Assembly: GCA_003173865.1 (NCBI GenBank) | Contig: PJMF01000012.1 | Span: forward strand, 8,908 to 72,907 | Reading direction: 5' to 3' | DNA: 64,000 nt | Source: Minisyncoccota bacterium | GTDB taxonomy: Bacteria > Patescibacteriota > Microgenomatia > UBA1400 > PJMF01 | In this document: in pieces, positions 30,414 to 39,866 of the stretch | Layout: each line of letters begins with the position of its first letter | Position numbering within the stretch: position 1 is the stretch's first letter | Notes under the pieces: model-generated | What the model saw: only the letters and a program-made list of their open reading frames with translations | Databases searched by the model: none | What the model was told of the DNA's origin: nothing | Position numbers and translations under genes: made by a program

Positions 30414-31676
30414 CTAAAATAAATCCTCGCTCGTAATACTTTTACTCCTTTTGTTGTAATTAATTGATCGTTTCACAAAAAAGTCTCCGTGCTTGGTCGC
30501 AATAATTTCATCGTCAAACCACTCGGTTTGTTCAAGCAGTTTTTTATCAATCGAAAAAAGACTCTGCAACCCAATACTCTTGAGCGAGTTATTCAGACGA
30601 TTTTTAATAAACTCTTTAATCACTGCTTTTGGCAAAAAGTCTAGTTCACCTTCTTCAAAGATCCAGTCGATGATGTCACTTTCTGCGTCATAAGCAGTCT
30701 GACATGACTGCAGAATCAGCTCTTTAAAGTGACCATCAAACCAGTCCGGATTTTCTTCTTTGATAATATTAATCACGTCAATTCCAAACAGCCCATGAAT
30801 TTGTTCTTCTTTAGAAGTAGCCTCGACCGCGTTCGAAATCCCTTTAAACATATTTTTAAATTTATTAAACGACATGATGATCAAAAATTGTGAGAAAAGT
30901 GAAACGTGCTCAATAAAAAGCGAGAAAAGTAAAATCGAACGGGTATACTCTTTGTTATCTTCACTTTTTGCAGTCGCGAGCGCAGTACTTAAGTAGTGAA
31001 TCCGTTCATTCATCACGGGAATCTTGAGAATGCGTTCGAACTCACTGTTCAATCCGAGCACTTCTAGTAAATGAGAGTACGCATCAAAATGCCTGACTTC
31101 ACTCTCCGCAAATGTATACCCGACTGCACCAATTTCGGGCTTCGGAAGTTTTTTAAATAAATCGCCCCAGAAAGTTTTGACTGAAACTTCAATCTGGGAA
31201 ATTGCCAGCATCGTATTCTTCAACGCATTTCGTTCGGCTTTCGTGGTGTTTACTTTAAAATCTTGGATGTCCGCTGTGTAGTTAAACTCTGTGTGCAACC
31301 AATACGAGTGACGAATAGCGTCTACATACTCAGCCAATTGAGGATATTCATAAGGCTTGAGAGGAACTCTCTTTTTGAAGATATCTTTTTTGCGTTCAAG
31401 TCGTTTTTTTTCGCGATACAGAATGTACGCTTTCGCCACTACGAGAAAATTACTTTCCATTAAGGTTTCTTCCACAATGTCTTGAATTTTTTCGACTGTT
31501 AAAGGATGTTTGTTACTTTTCTTCAGTTTAATTTCTACCTTCAGCGAAACTTTTTTGGCATCTGGTTTGGTGCCCACTTTGACGGCTTTCATTGCCGCCC
31601 AAATCGCTTTGGTGATTTTTTCGTTATTGTAGGTTTCTAAAGTACCATCTCTTTTTTCGATTTGCGTTATCTTCAT
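30414..31676 (-). CDS. nrdB: Class I ribonucleotide reductase beta subunit with an N-terminal ATP cone
   Basis: IEKRDG...KI.KAI...VEKIQDIVE..L...AKAYILYR (ATP cone), followed by ESEVRHFDAY, IEHVSLFSQF, EEQIH and DFF.KR..NY. Confidence 0.95.
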   Translation of the reverse strand: MKITQIEKRDGTLETYNNEKITKAIWAAMKAVKVGTKPDAKKVSLKVEIKLKKSNKHPLTVEKIQDIVEETLMESNFLVVAKAYILYREKKRLERKKDIFKKRVPLKPYEYPQLAEYVDAIRHSYWLHTEFNYTADIQDFKVNTTKAERNALKNTMLAISQIEVSVKTFWGDLFKKLPKPEIGAVGYTFAESEVRHFDAYSHLLEVLGLNSEFERILKIPVMNERIHYLSTALATAKSEDNKEYTRSILLFSLFIEHVSLFSQFLIIMSFNKFKNMFKGISNAVEATSKEEQIHGLFGIDVINIIKEENPDWFDGHFKELILQSCQTAYDAESDIIDWIFEEGELDFLPKAVIKEFIKNRLNNSLKSIGLQSLFSIDKKLLEQTEWFDDEIIATKHGDFFVKRSINYNKRSKSITSEDLF

Positions 31677-31690
31677 AAGTGCCTCTATAA

Positions 31691-31714
31691 CAAAAAGCCA
31701 CCTTCGAGAGGTGG
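31691..31714 (-). terminator. Intrinsic terminator (riboswitch expression platform) just upstream of the nrdB RBS
   Basis: The minus strand reads CCACCT-CTCGA-AGGTGG-CTTTTTG. Confidence 0.75.
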
Positions 31715-31721
31715 ACAAATA

Positions 31722-31877
31722 CGACTGCATACTCCAGCCGATGTTCCTTGCTCGAGAAATTAAAAGAAGATTCAGGCAGTCTGACTTATCCGTTTAAGGA
31801 CATTACAGTTACGGCATAGCCGTGGAATCGCACCACACTTCCCCTGACGGGCTGAGGTCTGATTCTCAGTATCTTCT
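31722..31877 (-). ncRNA. Cobalamin (B12) riboswitch upstream of nrdB-nrdA
   Basis: The minus strand reads AGAAGAT...CAGGGGAAGTGTGGTGCGATTCCACGGCTATGCCGTAACTGTAA...AAGTCAGACTGCCTGAATCTTCT. This gives the GGGAA junction, T-loop hairpin, CCG-AACTGT and B12 box, followed by the candidate kissing hairpin CGGCTG-GAGTATG-CAGTCG. Confidence 0.85.
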
Positions 31878-31993
31878 GCTATTTAGTTTCTGTAATCAAT
31901 ATAACATACTAGGGATTGTGTTTGTCAATGATTCGAATTCTTCCTCAGCAATCCTCTTTTTTCTTGTTGTCGAGTTTGATAATATCGGAACAC

Positions 31994-32608
31994 ATGGATA
32001 ATTCTTCAGAAAAACGGAACTATAGAGAACAAATTATTTCCTCTCATCAAGAAGATGGTTTGACAACTGCTGAAATAAGAAAGGCTTTGTGTGAACGATT
32101 AGAAAATGGAATTACCGTGGAATTAGAGGGTAACAAGAAAGTAGTTTTTAGACTTAAAAAAGAGATTCCGGAAGGTGTCCCTGCAATTATTTGGAGAATC
32201 GCTGTTGACACAACAACTGGAAATGAATTGGCATTTTGTCAAGCAGAAACAGGAGAAGATAACGTGCAGGCTTACGATTTACAGAAATACTACACTGCAT
32301 TTGCACCACCTGAACTGAGAGGAAAAGGACTTATTACTAATTGTAATGCCCTCCTCTTTCAAGTTTTGCGAGAAAAAAATGTAACGTCAGTGATTTCCGT
32401 TATTAATAGCACAAATATTGCTTCTATTCGCACTAAACTCTCTACACCTGACATCGTGGGCGGTGGCTATTTTTATTCAGAAATTACTAATATCACTCAC
32501 AACGATGAGCTTCACACGAGTCATTATGAAATCACGACATATTTAGATGATGCAAAAAAAATTGAACAGCCTCAAGTTTTTGATCCAAAAAAAAACTTAT
32601 TGACCTAA
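31994..32608 (+). CDS. GNAT-like acetyltransferase fold protein
   Basis: PELRGKGL acetyl-CoA loop and I.STNIAS motifs. Confidence 0.55.
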   Translation: MDNSSEKRNYREQIISSHQEDGLTTAEIRKALCERLENGITVELEGNKKVVFRLKKEIPEGVPAIIWRIAVDTTTGNELAFCQAETGEDNVQAYDLQKYYTAFAPPELRGKGLITNCNALLFQVLREKNVTSVISVINSTNIASIRTKLSTPDIVGGGYFYSEITNITHNDELHTSHYEITTYLDDAKKIEQPQVFDPKKNLLT

Positions 32609-33178
32609 AAACTCTTTCAACTTTGCTACTGCGCGCGCACGATGACTTATCATATTCTTCATTTTGGGGCCAAGTTGTGCAAATGTTTGGTCGTATCCTT
32701 CAGGAATAAAAATGTAGTCGTATTCAAAACCTGAGTCGCCTGCTTCTGCAAAAGCAATTGTCCCTTTTACCTCGCCACGAAAAAAATGATGAGTCTTTAA
32801 AACTGGGTCATATACACAAAGCACAGCCACAAACTTCGCAGATCGGTCACTGGAGTTTTTTAATAACTCAAGTACATAATGATTGCGATCACTTGCAGAC
32901 CCTTTAATAAAACGTTTCGAGTGAACTCCCGGTCGCCCACCTAAGGCGCTCACTTCTAATCCTGAATCATCGGCAATTGTCACCATCCCACTTTTTTCTG
33001 CAAACGCACGCGCCTTAAGAAAAGCATTTTCTTCAAATGTCTGACCAGTTTCTTCGACATCAAAATCAGATCCGATCCCAACTGCACTGGGTCCAATTAA
33101 CTCAACATCTGGAAGATGAACGAGCTGTTCTAACTCACGCCGCTTGTGTTCGTTTTGACTTGCAAGAAGAAGACGCAT
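32597..33178 (-). CDS. rdgB: dITP/XTP pyrophosphatase (RdgB/HAM1)
   Basis: SQNEHK..E, ETGQTFEENA..KA, ADDSGLEV..L.GRPGVHSKRF, GFEYD.IF and KN.ISHRARA motifs. Confidence 0.95.
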   Translation of the reverse strand: MRLLLASQNEHKRRELEQLVHLPDVELIGPSAVGIGSDFDVEETGQTFEENAFLKARAFAEKSGMVTIADDSGLEVSALGGRPGVHSKRFIKGSASDRNHYVLELLKNSSDRSAKFVAVLCVYDPVLKTHHFFRGEVKGTIAFAEAGDSGFEYDYIFIPEGYDQTFAQLGPKMKNMISHRARAVAKLKEFLGQ

Positions 33179-33194
33179 GCAGTCCTCGAGAACT

Positions 33195-33482
33195 TTAGTT
33201 TTGACTACCACCAAGCATGCCACCAAGACCACCAGTCATTTGTTGTAACTTCTTGGCGGCCAGTTCTTGAGATTTCTTAACTGCCTTATTTAACACATCA
33301 ATGACATCTTGACTTTGAATTCCTTGAACTGACAACTCGATAAATTGCTGATCACCACGAATCTTGACGACAATGTCACCTTCTTCAATGGTAATAATCT
33401 CTTCAGCAAGTTCTTGTTGCATTTGTTTGGCCTGCTTACGGAGTTGATTAAGGTCACCTAATGCTTTCAATGGATTTGCCAT
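33195..33482 (-). CDS. ybaB: YbaB/EbfC nucleoid-associated protein
   Basis: KQAKQMQQEL..E...G.I.VKI.G motif; lies directly downstream of dnaX. Confidence 0.88.
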   Translation of the reverse strand: MANPLKALGDLNQLRKQAKQMQQELAEEIITIEEGDIVVKIRGDQQFIELSVQGIQSQDVIDVLNKAVKKSQELAAKKLQQMTGGLGGMLGGSQN

Positions 33483-33529
33483 ACGGCTCCTTTAATAAAG
33501 TTACTTCCTTAATAATTGTGGTGATTGTA

Positions 33530-35119
33530 CTACACTAGTATTTCTTTAGCGAGCTGAATCAAGTGATCTTCTTCGTTTACTTGACCAGAAACGCTGGAGA
33601 GCTGGGCACCTACCTTCGCATGATCAGCCAAAATAAACTCGAGAAGTACACGTGCTCCCAAAGTCGACTCGAGACATTCTTCCAAAATTGCCAAAAATTT
33701 GGGTTGTTGCAGCTGCTCTCGATGAAATTGATAATAGACTTCAATCTTGGCTTTCTGACCTTCCGTTGAGACTATTTTGGAGGAACGCAGCAGTGCGGCA
33801 ATTGAAGAGTTGCGCTGATGAACTCGTAGTAAAAACTCATCCCATTTTTCCAGTAACAGTTCGGCTTGTACAAATCCAACAGTAGTAGAGGGACTCACTG
33901 TTTCGTATTGTTTTTCCGGGACCGTTGGCAGAGGTGCTAAAGTGATCGAGGTCGGTTCAACATTCACCACTTCTTTAGCGACTTGACTTCCCGGAGTTTG
34001 AGGTGATGGAGGTGAGTTTTTTGGTTCAGAGCCTTCGCGCTCTTTCGCTTTAAATACGAGTTCTAAGGCCTTTAACTCCAACGGTAAAAAAGGAACGGTA
34101 TTTGTCTGTTCTATCTTCACGCTACTCAAATGGGTTAATAAATAATGAGAAATTTTTGCGGTAAACTCAGCTGCTCCTGGACCTTCGGTAACTGCAGTCA
34201 GTAACTGTTGATGCAGATACTCCAGTAAACGTTTGTGAAAAGTGACTGGATCTTTGCCTGCAGCTCGTTGGTCTTGAAAGATACTCACGACTTTCTCAGG
34301 CTGTTTTTGGATAATTGCGTTGAGTAGTTGTTTGAGAGTACTTTGCTCGGGACTTTTGAGAACTTCTCTGACACTCGCTTCTGTAATGTTTGCTTGACCA
34401 TTGGCAACACTTTCGAGTAACTTCACTCCATCCCGGAAACTCCCATCAGCAGCTTCAATAACTAACTGCAGTGCGGCAGGCTCAAAAGCAATTTTTTCTT
34501 GTTCTAAAATTGCCTGCAGTGCGGTTAAGAGCTCTTTGTGAGTCGCACGATAAAACTGGATGACTGTACATCTCGACACAATTGTGGGTGGTACTTTTTG
34601 TAACTCGGTAGTAGCTAAAATAAAAACAACGTGCGCAGGCGGCTCTTCGAGAATTTTAAGGAGAGCATTGAACGCCTCAGTCGTTAACATATGCACTTCA
34701 TCAAGAATATAGACTGCGACGAGACCATCCTGTGGCGGCAACATTATTCGCTCTTTTAAGAGTCGAATGTCATCAATTCCACGGTGACTTGCGGCATCCA
34801 TTTCAGTTACGACAAATGAAGTGCCACGTTGGATGCGTTGTACCACTTCATTTGTTTGGTCTGGTTCTTGAAAGACAAGTTTTTTTGTTGTCGGTTTTTT
34901 TCCAAAAAAAATAGTTTCGACCGTGGCGGCATTGTGAGGATCGTTCAATAAAGCTCCAACAATTCGCGCGGTTGACGTCTTGCCTGTTCCCTTTGGTCCA
35001 GTAAAAAGCAGTGCATGAGGGAAATTTCCTGCAGTTATCATTTTCTGCATCGCTTCACGCACTGCAGTCAGATGCAAACCAGCAATTGTAGTAGGGCGAT
35101 ACGTTCTGTACCAAGACAT
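33530..35119 (-). CDS. dnaX: DNA polymerase III subunit gamma/tau
   Basis: YRTYRP, GPKGTGKT, EMDAASHRGIDDIR, DEVHML and ILATTE..K.P.TI.SRC motifs. Confidence 0.96.
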   Translation of the reverse strand: MSWYRTYRPTTIAGLHLTAVREAMQKMITAGNFPHALLFTGPKGTGKTSTARIVGALLNDPHNAATVETIFFGKKPTTKKLVFQEPDQTNEVVQRIQRGTSFVVTEMDAASHRGIDDIRLLKERIMLPPQDGLVAVYILDEVHMLTTEAFNALLKILEEPPAHVVFILATTELQKVPPTIVSRCTVIQFYRATHKELLTALQAILEQEKIAFEPAALQLVIEAADGSFRDGVKLLESVANGQANITEASVREVLKSPEQSTLKQLLNAIIQKQPEKVVSIFQDQRAAGKDPVTFHKRLLEYLHQQLLTAVTEGPGAAEFTAKISHYLLTHLSSVKIEQTNTVPFLPLELKALELVFKAKEREGSEPKNSPPSPQTPGSQVAKEVVNVEPTSITLAPLPTVPEKQYETVSPSTTVGFVQAELLLEKWDEFLLRVHQRNSSIAALLRSSKIVSTEGQKAKIEVYYQFHREQLQQPKFLAILEECLESTLGARVLLEFILADHAKVGAQLSSVSGQVNEEDHLIQLAKEILV

Positions 35120-35203
35120 ACTGTTTTTCTTCTTTTTAATTAAGCAGCATCTGCGACCGCGGTTGGAGCAATCTCGTTTTTCTTATACGTGTGTATCCTC
35201 CTG

Positions 35204-35596
35204 CTATTCTTCGTGATGATACCCTAAAAGATGCATGAGACCATGTTCGATGAAAAAACAAATCTGGTCATCAACCATTTTTCCATAACGGCGTGCGTGT
35301 TGAATTGCTTCGGGATAACTCACAACGATATCACCCAAATGGGGTGGCACTCCGTCAGGCAACGGAAAATCATCATGTTGATGCCGTTCATGTTGTGGAA
35401 AAGAAAGAACATCTGTCGTTCCCTCATGCTTTAACTCTGATTCATTGAGCTCTTTGATTTTGCGCGCACCAACAATTGAGATATCAACTTGAGCAGATTC
35501 TACTTTATTTTCTTTTAGGACACGTTCTACGGTGGCGCGAATTTTTTTGCGCCCAACCGGATAACGCGACTGAACAAAAAGATTAATTAGGATCAT
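35204..35596 (-). CDS. ybeY: rRNA maturation RNase YbeY
   Basis: TDVLSFP, LGDIVV and HGLMHLLGYHH motifs. Confidence 0.96.
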   Translation of the reverse strand: MILINLFVQSRYPVGRKKIRATVERVLKENKVESAQVDISIVGARKIKELNESELKHEGTTDVLSFPQHERHQHDDFPLPDGVPPHLGDIVVSYPEAIQHARRYGKMVDDQICFFIEHGLMHLLGYHHEE

Positions 35597-35600
35597 AAAA

Positions 35601-36260
35601 TTACTTATATCGTAGGTCTATTACTCCCAACGGAACCTTGTTTTCCTCATCATCAACAAAGAGAACAAATACTTTCCCTCTACTTTTTATACTCCATAAA
35701 AGACCTTCACGCACCACTTCTGGCGAAGCCCCAAACTGATACTGCATCCACTCAGCTGGGCCTATGGTGCCTATCTTCCCAACAACAGCTCTTTCTTCAG
35801 CAGGATTAATGACAATCATCTTCCGCCATTTGTACCAATTTTTGGACTCCGGATCAAGTGAAGGCCACCCTTCCACGAAATCGGCCTGCACGGCCAGAAA
35901 GTATTTTTCGGCAAGTCGCGTTTCCGAAGTTAATTGACCCATTTGGGTAAACCATCCAAACATTCCTCGAGTTTTTTCTAAGCCAGCTTCACGGTACTCA
36001 TCGTGAAGAGCAAGCTGATCTGTAGGGTAACGACGAAGATGTGCAAGCGCTTTGATCTTGCCAATTGAATGATTCAGGCGATGCCCTTCAAGCTCAGCTA
36101 CAACTTGAAATCCGAGCATGTCGCTGAGCTGCTGTTCTAAATATAATTCGTCTTGTTTAGGAAGGTGCCCCGCTGGCTTTTGCACTGCATCAATGATTTT
36201 TTGAAGTACAGCCGCATGTTCCTCTTCTGAGATTTGCAGATAGATAGGAGTATTACTCAT
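35601..36260 (-). CDS. Conserved hypothetical protein
   Basis: Long ORF in the gltX-ybeY-dnaX run; no function recognised. Confidence 0.65.
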   Translation of the reverse strand: MSNTPIYLQISEEEHAAVLQKIIDAVQKPAGHLPKQDELYLEQQLSDMLGFQVVAELEGHRLNHSIGKIKALAHLRRYPTDQLALHDEYREAGLEKTRGMFGWFTQMGQLTSETRLAEKYFLAVQADFVEGWPSLDPESKNWYKWRKMIVINPAEERAVVGKIGTIGPAEWMQYQFGASPEVVREGLLWSIKSRGKVFVLFVDDEENKVPLGVIDLRYK

Positions 36261-36292
36261 AGTGTGGGATCTATTGTGACATAGGCAACGAA

Positions 36293-37738
36293 TCAGTGAA
36301 AGTGGATTGTGAGTCTTTTCAAAACTTCTTCCCGGCCAATAACACGCATTGTTTCAAAAAGTGGTGGAGTTGCTTGCTGACCAGTGACCGCAATACGTAA
36401 CATCATAAAGTATTGACTCTTCTTCCAGTTATTTTTTTCTTGCAGTTGGCGAATAGACTCTTCTAGAGCTTCGTGACTCTGCCAACTTGCCTCCGGCGTG
36501 AGTACTTCTCTCGTGACTTTGAGTTGCGATTCTACTTCTTCAAGTGATGATTTTTTCAGTAGCTCATCACGATCAACAGTAATTGGACGAAAGAAAAAAC
36601 TGGTTAACCCTTCAACGTCCTTCAATGTTACTAATCGCTCCAGAATGAGTGGTAAAATGTGGTCAAGTCGCTCTCGAGGAAAATCACTGGGTAAAAAGGG
36701 TTCTAAGCGATGCTTTAAGTCTTCTACGGACAAATTACGAATATAGATTCCATTCATCCAATCAAGTTTTTTTGTGTCAAACACGGGGCCAGTTTTTTGA
36801 ATACGATCGAGTGACATCACATCCAAAAATTCAGACAGCGAGAAAATTTCTTTTCCTTCTGGATGTGACCAACCTAATAACGCAATGAAGTTGAGGAGCG
36901 CTTCTGGCAGGTACCCTCGATCACGATAACTTAAGATGGAAACATCATTTTTACGTTTCGACAACTTGCTTTTGTCAGCATTTCGAATCAGCGGCATGTG
37001 AGCAAGGAAAGGCATCTCCCAACCCAATGCTCGGTAAAGCAAAATATGCTTGGGCGTACTGCTAATCCACTCTTCACCCCGTAAAAGATGTGTGATCTTC
37101 ATTAAATGATCATCAACTACCACGGCAAGATGATACGTTGGGAAACCATCAGACTTCATTAACACTTGATCATCAACAGCACTCGATTCAAACTCCACGT
37201 GACCCCGAATTAAATCTTCCCAACTAATTACACCCACATCTGGCACTTTCAAACGAATTACATGTGGCTCGTTGGCCTTCAGTTTTTGTTGAACATCATC
37301 AGAACTTAATCCGCAGCAGAGACGATCATATTTGGGAAGTAGACCAGCTTTTTGTTGGTCGTTGCGCATTTGAGTAAGTCGTTCAGCTGAACAAAAACAG
37401 TAATACGCATCTCCTTGGGCAATCAGTTCTTGAGCATATTTTTGATAGACATCCAAACGCTCTGACTGCTTGTACGGCGCATACGGTCCACCCTTTTGGC
37501 CTCCTTCATCATACTCAATACCCAACCACTCAAAAGCTTCGTAAATTTTTGCTTCTGCATCTTCTACAAAGCGGGTGCGATCTGTGTCTTCGATGCGTAT
37601 GAGAAACTGTCCACCCGATTGGCGAGCAAGTGCCAAATCAAACATCGACATCCACGCCGTCCCGACATGTGCAATTCCCGTGGGACTTGGAGCAATACGT
37701 GTTCGTTTCGGCCCGGTAAATGAAGAAGTATGCGACAT
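36293..37738 (-). CDS. gltX: Glutamate--tRNA ligase
   Basis: RIAPSPTG.AHVG, RIEDTD, YYCFCS, PTYHLAVVVDD and KLSKR motifs; TATAAT lies 6 nt before the ATG. Confidence 0.97.
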   Translation of the reverse strand: MSHTSSFTGPKRTRIAPSPTGIAHVGTAWMSMFDLALARQSGGQFLIRIEDTDRTRFVEDAEAKIYEAFEWLGIEYDEGGQKGGPYAPYKQSERLDVYQKYAQELIAQGDAYYCFCSAERLTQMRNDQQKAGLLPKYDRLCCGLSSDDVQQKLKANEPHVIRLKVPDVGVISWEDLIRGHVEFESSAVDDQVLMKSDGFPTYHLAVVVDDHLMKITHLLRGEEWISSTPKHILLYRALGWEMPFLAHMPLIRNADKSKLSKRKNDVSILSYRDRGYLPEALLNFIALLGWSHPEGKEIFSLSEFLDVMSLDRIQKTGPVFDTKKLDWMNGIYIRNLSVEDLKHRLEPFLPSDFPRERLDHILPLILERLVTLKDVEGLTSFFFRPITVDRDELLKKSSLEEVESQLKVTREVLTPEASWQSHEALEESIRQLQEKNNWKKSQYFMMLRIAVTGQQATPPLFETMRVIGREEVLKRLTIHFH

Positions 37739-37770
37739 CAAGCGATTATACAATTAAACCGCCCATTGCA

Positions 37771-38868
37771 CTACGGAGAGGTACTCGGTTGAGCTGTACT
37801 ACTTTGAATGTATCGAGGATCAACAGCTGGAACATACCCAATAAAACCGCCATCTCCTACAAAAATATAAATCGGTTGCAAGTAATCTTGTTCTTGAAAA
37901 TCATCATAGTAACCAATCCCCACATTACGAATTGTGGCGGTAGATGTATTGCCTTTATTCACGATAAATCCTTGGCCAGCCTGTAAAGTTTGCCACGCAG
38001 ATTGGACCGATCGAATGGGATACGTCTCGGGTTGGGTATAGTCAACTGGATGGTATCGATACTCAAGTTCGACAATTTGATCGTTTCCTGTCAAACCCCC
38101 ACTCAGCACAGCGTGAATAATGCCTTCTCTCCCTTTTGTCGTAAATAACGGATAAATACTGTCAATCGGGGGTCGCTGAATGTTTACTTCAACTAAGTTT
38201 GCATCAGAAACGGACACAGCAGGAGTAATGTCACTTCCAAATGACTTTAAGAAGCTCGTTTGACCTGACATCGTCGCAATATCCGCGCCCAAGGTAACTC
38301 CATTGGCGATAAATGATCGGACGGTGGACACTGCTGTATCTGCATCGGGAAGATTTTTATTTGAAAATAATTCTGGTACCGACATGTAGTTCGTCGTAAT
38401 CGAAAAGTCACTATTTTGTAAATCCATTTCCAGAGTAGATTGCAAAGGCTGTGCCTTCGTCCAGCGATACGTACGTTGATTTAGAATAATTGGAGCAGAA
38501 AGATACCCTAAATTTGCTGCAGCTTCTTTTGCTTTTTGATCTGCTAACAAATCTAACGAAGCTTTTGGCATGTAAAAAACTTTCGCTCGATCTTTAAATC
38601 GCGGAAACTGACCACTGGCTGTTTGCAGCTGATAAGAACTCGGTTTGTCACTTGCCGTTTGCGCCGGAAATCGCAGTGGAGGCAGTGCTCCAAAACCGAC
38701 TGTAGGGGGAGGTGGTGGCGCCGGATGAGTTGCTGCCCAGTATGATGTGGCAGCGCTCAAAAATGTTTTTCCTACTGTTAACGTAATCAATGCAACAATA
38801 CCAAACTTAATAAAAAGTCGACCATAGTAAGCAAGCTGGGTTAACGTTAAACCCGATTGTGATTCCAT
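37771..38868 (-). CDS. Membrane-anchored extracellular hypothetical protein
   Basis: N-terminal TM, PPPPP linker and YLQPIYIF.G C-terminal motif. Confidence 0.65.
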   Translation of the reverse strand: MESQSGLTLTQLAYYGRLFIKFGIVALITLTVGKTFLSAATSYWAATHPAPPPPPTVGFGALPPLRFPAQTASDKPSSYQLQTASGQFPRFKDRAKVFYMPKASLDLLADQKAKEAAANLGYLSAPIILNQRTYRWTKAQPLQSTLEMDLQNSDFSITTNYMSVPELFSNKNLPDADTAVSTVRSFIANGVTLGADIATMSGQTSFLKSFGSDITPAVSVSDANLVEVNIQRPPIDSIYPLFTTKGREGIIHAVLSGGLTGNDQIVELEYRYHPVDYTQPETYPIRSVQSAWQTLQAGQGFIVNKGNTSTATIRNVGIGYYDDFQEQDYLQPIYIFVGDGGFIGYVPAVDPRYIQSSTAQPSTSP

Positions 38869-38885
38869 TACTTCAGTGTAGCAAA

Positions 38886-39851
38886 TTACTGAATTGTTTC
38901 CCACTGATAATGCGCGAAGAGCCAATTAATCAGCCAAGTCGTTTCTGTAAAACGACTTTTACTCCCCAGCACGACCACAATCACTTGATGACCATTTCGA
39001 TCAATTTCAGTAATTAAATTTTCACCAGCAAACTCAGTGGTTCCGGTCTTCACCCCGACTACGCCGTCTACTACACCTAGCAGTTCTTGCGTCGTATTTA
39101 GTTGATGGGCATACTGACCAGTCACATCATGGATTGTGGTTTGTCTAGTTCCCACGACTTCACGCAGGATGGGGTCTTTCATCAGTTCATTTGCCAAGAT
39201 GGCGAGATCTCGCGCTGTAGTCAGTTGCGTTTGATCATCTAAACCAGATGGATTTTTAAAGATTGTTTTTGTTAAGTGAAGTTCGGCCGCTTTTTGGTTC
39301 ATGTCGTGTACAAAACCTTCGTACCCCTGGGGGTGATTATTTGCAAACACAAAAGCGGCGTCGTTACCCGAAGGAATTAAAAGTGCCTTGAGCAGCTCAT
39401 GCACTGTAATTTGCTCACCAACATGAAAATGAACTGTTGAGCCAGTGGCAAATGCTTCTTCGCCCACGGTAAGAACTTTATCGAGTGGATATAACTGACG
39501 CACAACCAACGCTGTCATCATCTTGGCAGTGGAGGCCGGATAGTGAGCTTGGTCAGCATTTTTTTGAAAAAGGACCGACCCCGATTGACGATCCATGACA
39601 TACGCCGAATCTGCTGTTAACGCGGCGGGTGAAAAATCAGCAGGTACTGCCGAGGGAGTCGCGACATCTTCAACAAAGAGGGGAAGCGTGACGTGCTGAA
39701 TTAATGGCAACGTTGGTGGAAGAGGCTGCACCGAGGAATGTTCACTTGGTTCTTCAGCTGACGTGAGGTATACAGGAACAACTAAAAACACCGCCAAAAG
39801 TAACACAATACTCATCCACTGATCTACGCGCAGCTTTGGTACATTTTGCAC
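38886..39851 (-). CDS. D-alanyl-D-alanine carboxypeptidase (peptidase S11)
   Basis: PASTAK (SxxK), SGND (SxN) and KTG motifs. Confidence 0.93.
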   Translation of the reverse strand: MQNVPKLRVDQWMSIVLLLAVFLVVPVYLTSAEEPSEHSSVQPLPPTLPLIQHVTLPLFVEDVATPSAVPADFSPAALTADSAYVMDRQSGSVLFQKNADQAHYPASTAKMMTALVVRQLYPLDKVLTVGEEAFATGSTVHFHVGEQITVHELLKALLIPSGNDAAFVFANNHPQGYEGFVHDMNQKAAELHLTKTIFKNPSGLDDQTQLTTARDLAILANELMKDPILREVVGTRQTTIHDVTGQYAHQLNTTQELLGVVDGVVGVKTGTTEFAGENLITEIDRNGHQVIVVVLGSKSRFTETTWLINWLFAHYQWETIQ

Positions 39852-39866
39852 AGAGATTATTGTAGC

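Noticed and set aside
35120-35203. The ybeY-dnaX spacer has a strong AGGAGG and a minus-strand frame ending ...NEIAPTAVADAA-stop, resembling an SsrA tag. Another frame reads GGYTRIRK, like ribosomal protein L17.
   Set aside because: The spacer is only about 84 nt, with no tRNA-like ends or pseudoknots for tmRNA and no canonical start codon. The matches are too short to exclude chance.
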